DNA of 64,000 nucleotides from assembly GCF_001194135.2 (NCBI RefSeq), contig NC_068990.1:61376888-61440887 (forward strand), in the 5' to 3' direction. The notes beneath the pieces were generated by a model. That model did no database searches and had not been told where the DNA came from. It was given only the letters and a program-made list of their open reading frames with translations. The position numbers were made by a program, and so were the translations under genes. This DNA is from Octopus bimaculoides. Lineage: Eukaryota. Below, one piece after another: positions 63,401 through 64,000 of this stretch. Every line of letters begins with the position of its first letter. Positions within the stretch are counted from its first letter, which is position 1.

Positions 63401-64000
63401 TTGCCATCATCATCATTTTTATCATCATCTTTTAACATCCGTTTTACATGCTGGCATATATATATATGCGTGTGTGTTTGTTTGTGTATTAATGTATATG
63501 TATATATGCATGTATATATATATATATATTGGCGTTAGGAAGGGCATCCAGCTGTAGAAACTCTGCCAAATCAGACTGGAGCCTGGTGTTGCCATCNNNN
63601 NNNNNNTATATATATATATATATATATATATATCAAGCAACCACCCATTGCAGTATACGTTGTTTTCAGATTCTAAATCACACTGCCATACAGTATAACA
63701 CTCACTCTTATGCAGTACTACAAACAGTGAATCAATGAATGTCTCAATAGATTTCCTACAAATCATGCCCTCAATCATAGCTCCATAAATAAGCCATGAC
63801 ATTCTTTATAGTATAGCCCTATTTTCTTCATATTAATTCCTGCTCTGTTTACATAATTTAGGTCAGATGCCAATGACTCAGTTTTGATTTTCGATAAGAA
63901 CTATATCATATTTTTAATAAATGTATCAGCAGACAGTAAGTAACCTCATTAGATATTTCGTTCCAAACATTTTCCAAATGGAAAAATCTATGGTTCACTG

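Noticed and set aside
1-64000. CRISPR arrays, rRNA genes and prokaryotic operons
   Set aside because: None seen; the DNA is eukaryotic and the periodic sequences are simple microsatellites.

Overview
AT-rich animal genomic DNA from a gapped short-read scaffold. The repeat content resembles an octopus or other coleoid cephalopod (inference from the repeat families). No intact protein-coding gene is recognisable, and nearly all ORFs in the supplied track are microsatellite or N-gap artefacts. The window is a mosaic of microsatellites (TA, CA, TACA, TAA, CAT, CAA, CAC, GAAA) and decayed mobile elements. These include four tRNA-derived SINE families (labelled A-D here), an unclassified ~550-bp TAA-flanked element (E), fragments of RTE, CR1, Tx1/L1, Penelope-like and many R4/Dong-type retrotransposons, two mariner pseudogenes (one with countable DD34D spacing), a DD37D maT pseudogene, and hAT-, piggyBac- and mariner-type MITEs, several with readable TSDs. 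The main second-look items are: (1) a type I hammerhead ribozyme motif with an intact core and palindromic helix III at 30544-30589; (2) a candidate 15-nt microexon with strong splice signals at 34885-34899, inside a ~3.7-kb repeat-free island; (3) a cluster of retroelements nested in (TAA)n arrays at 52-56 kb; and (4) several long foldbacks and hairpins. All calls were made by eye, and TE boundaries are approximate unless a TSD is quoted.
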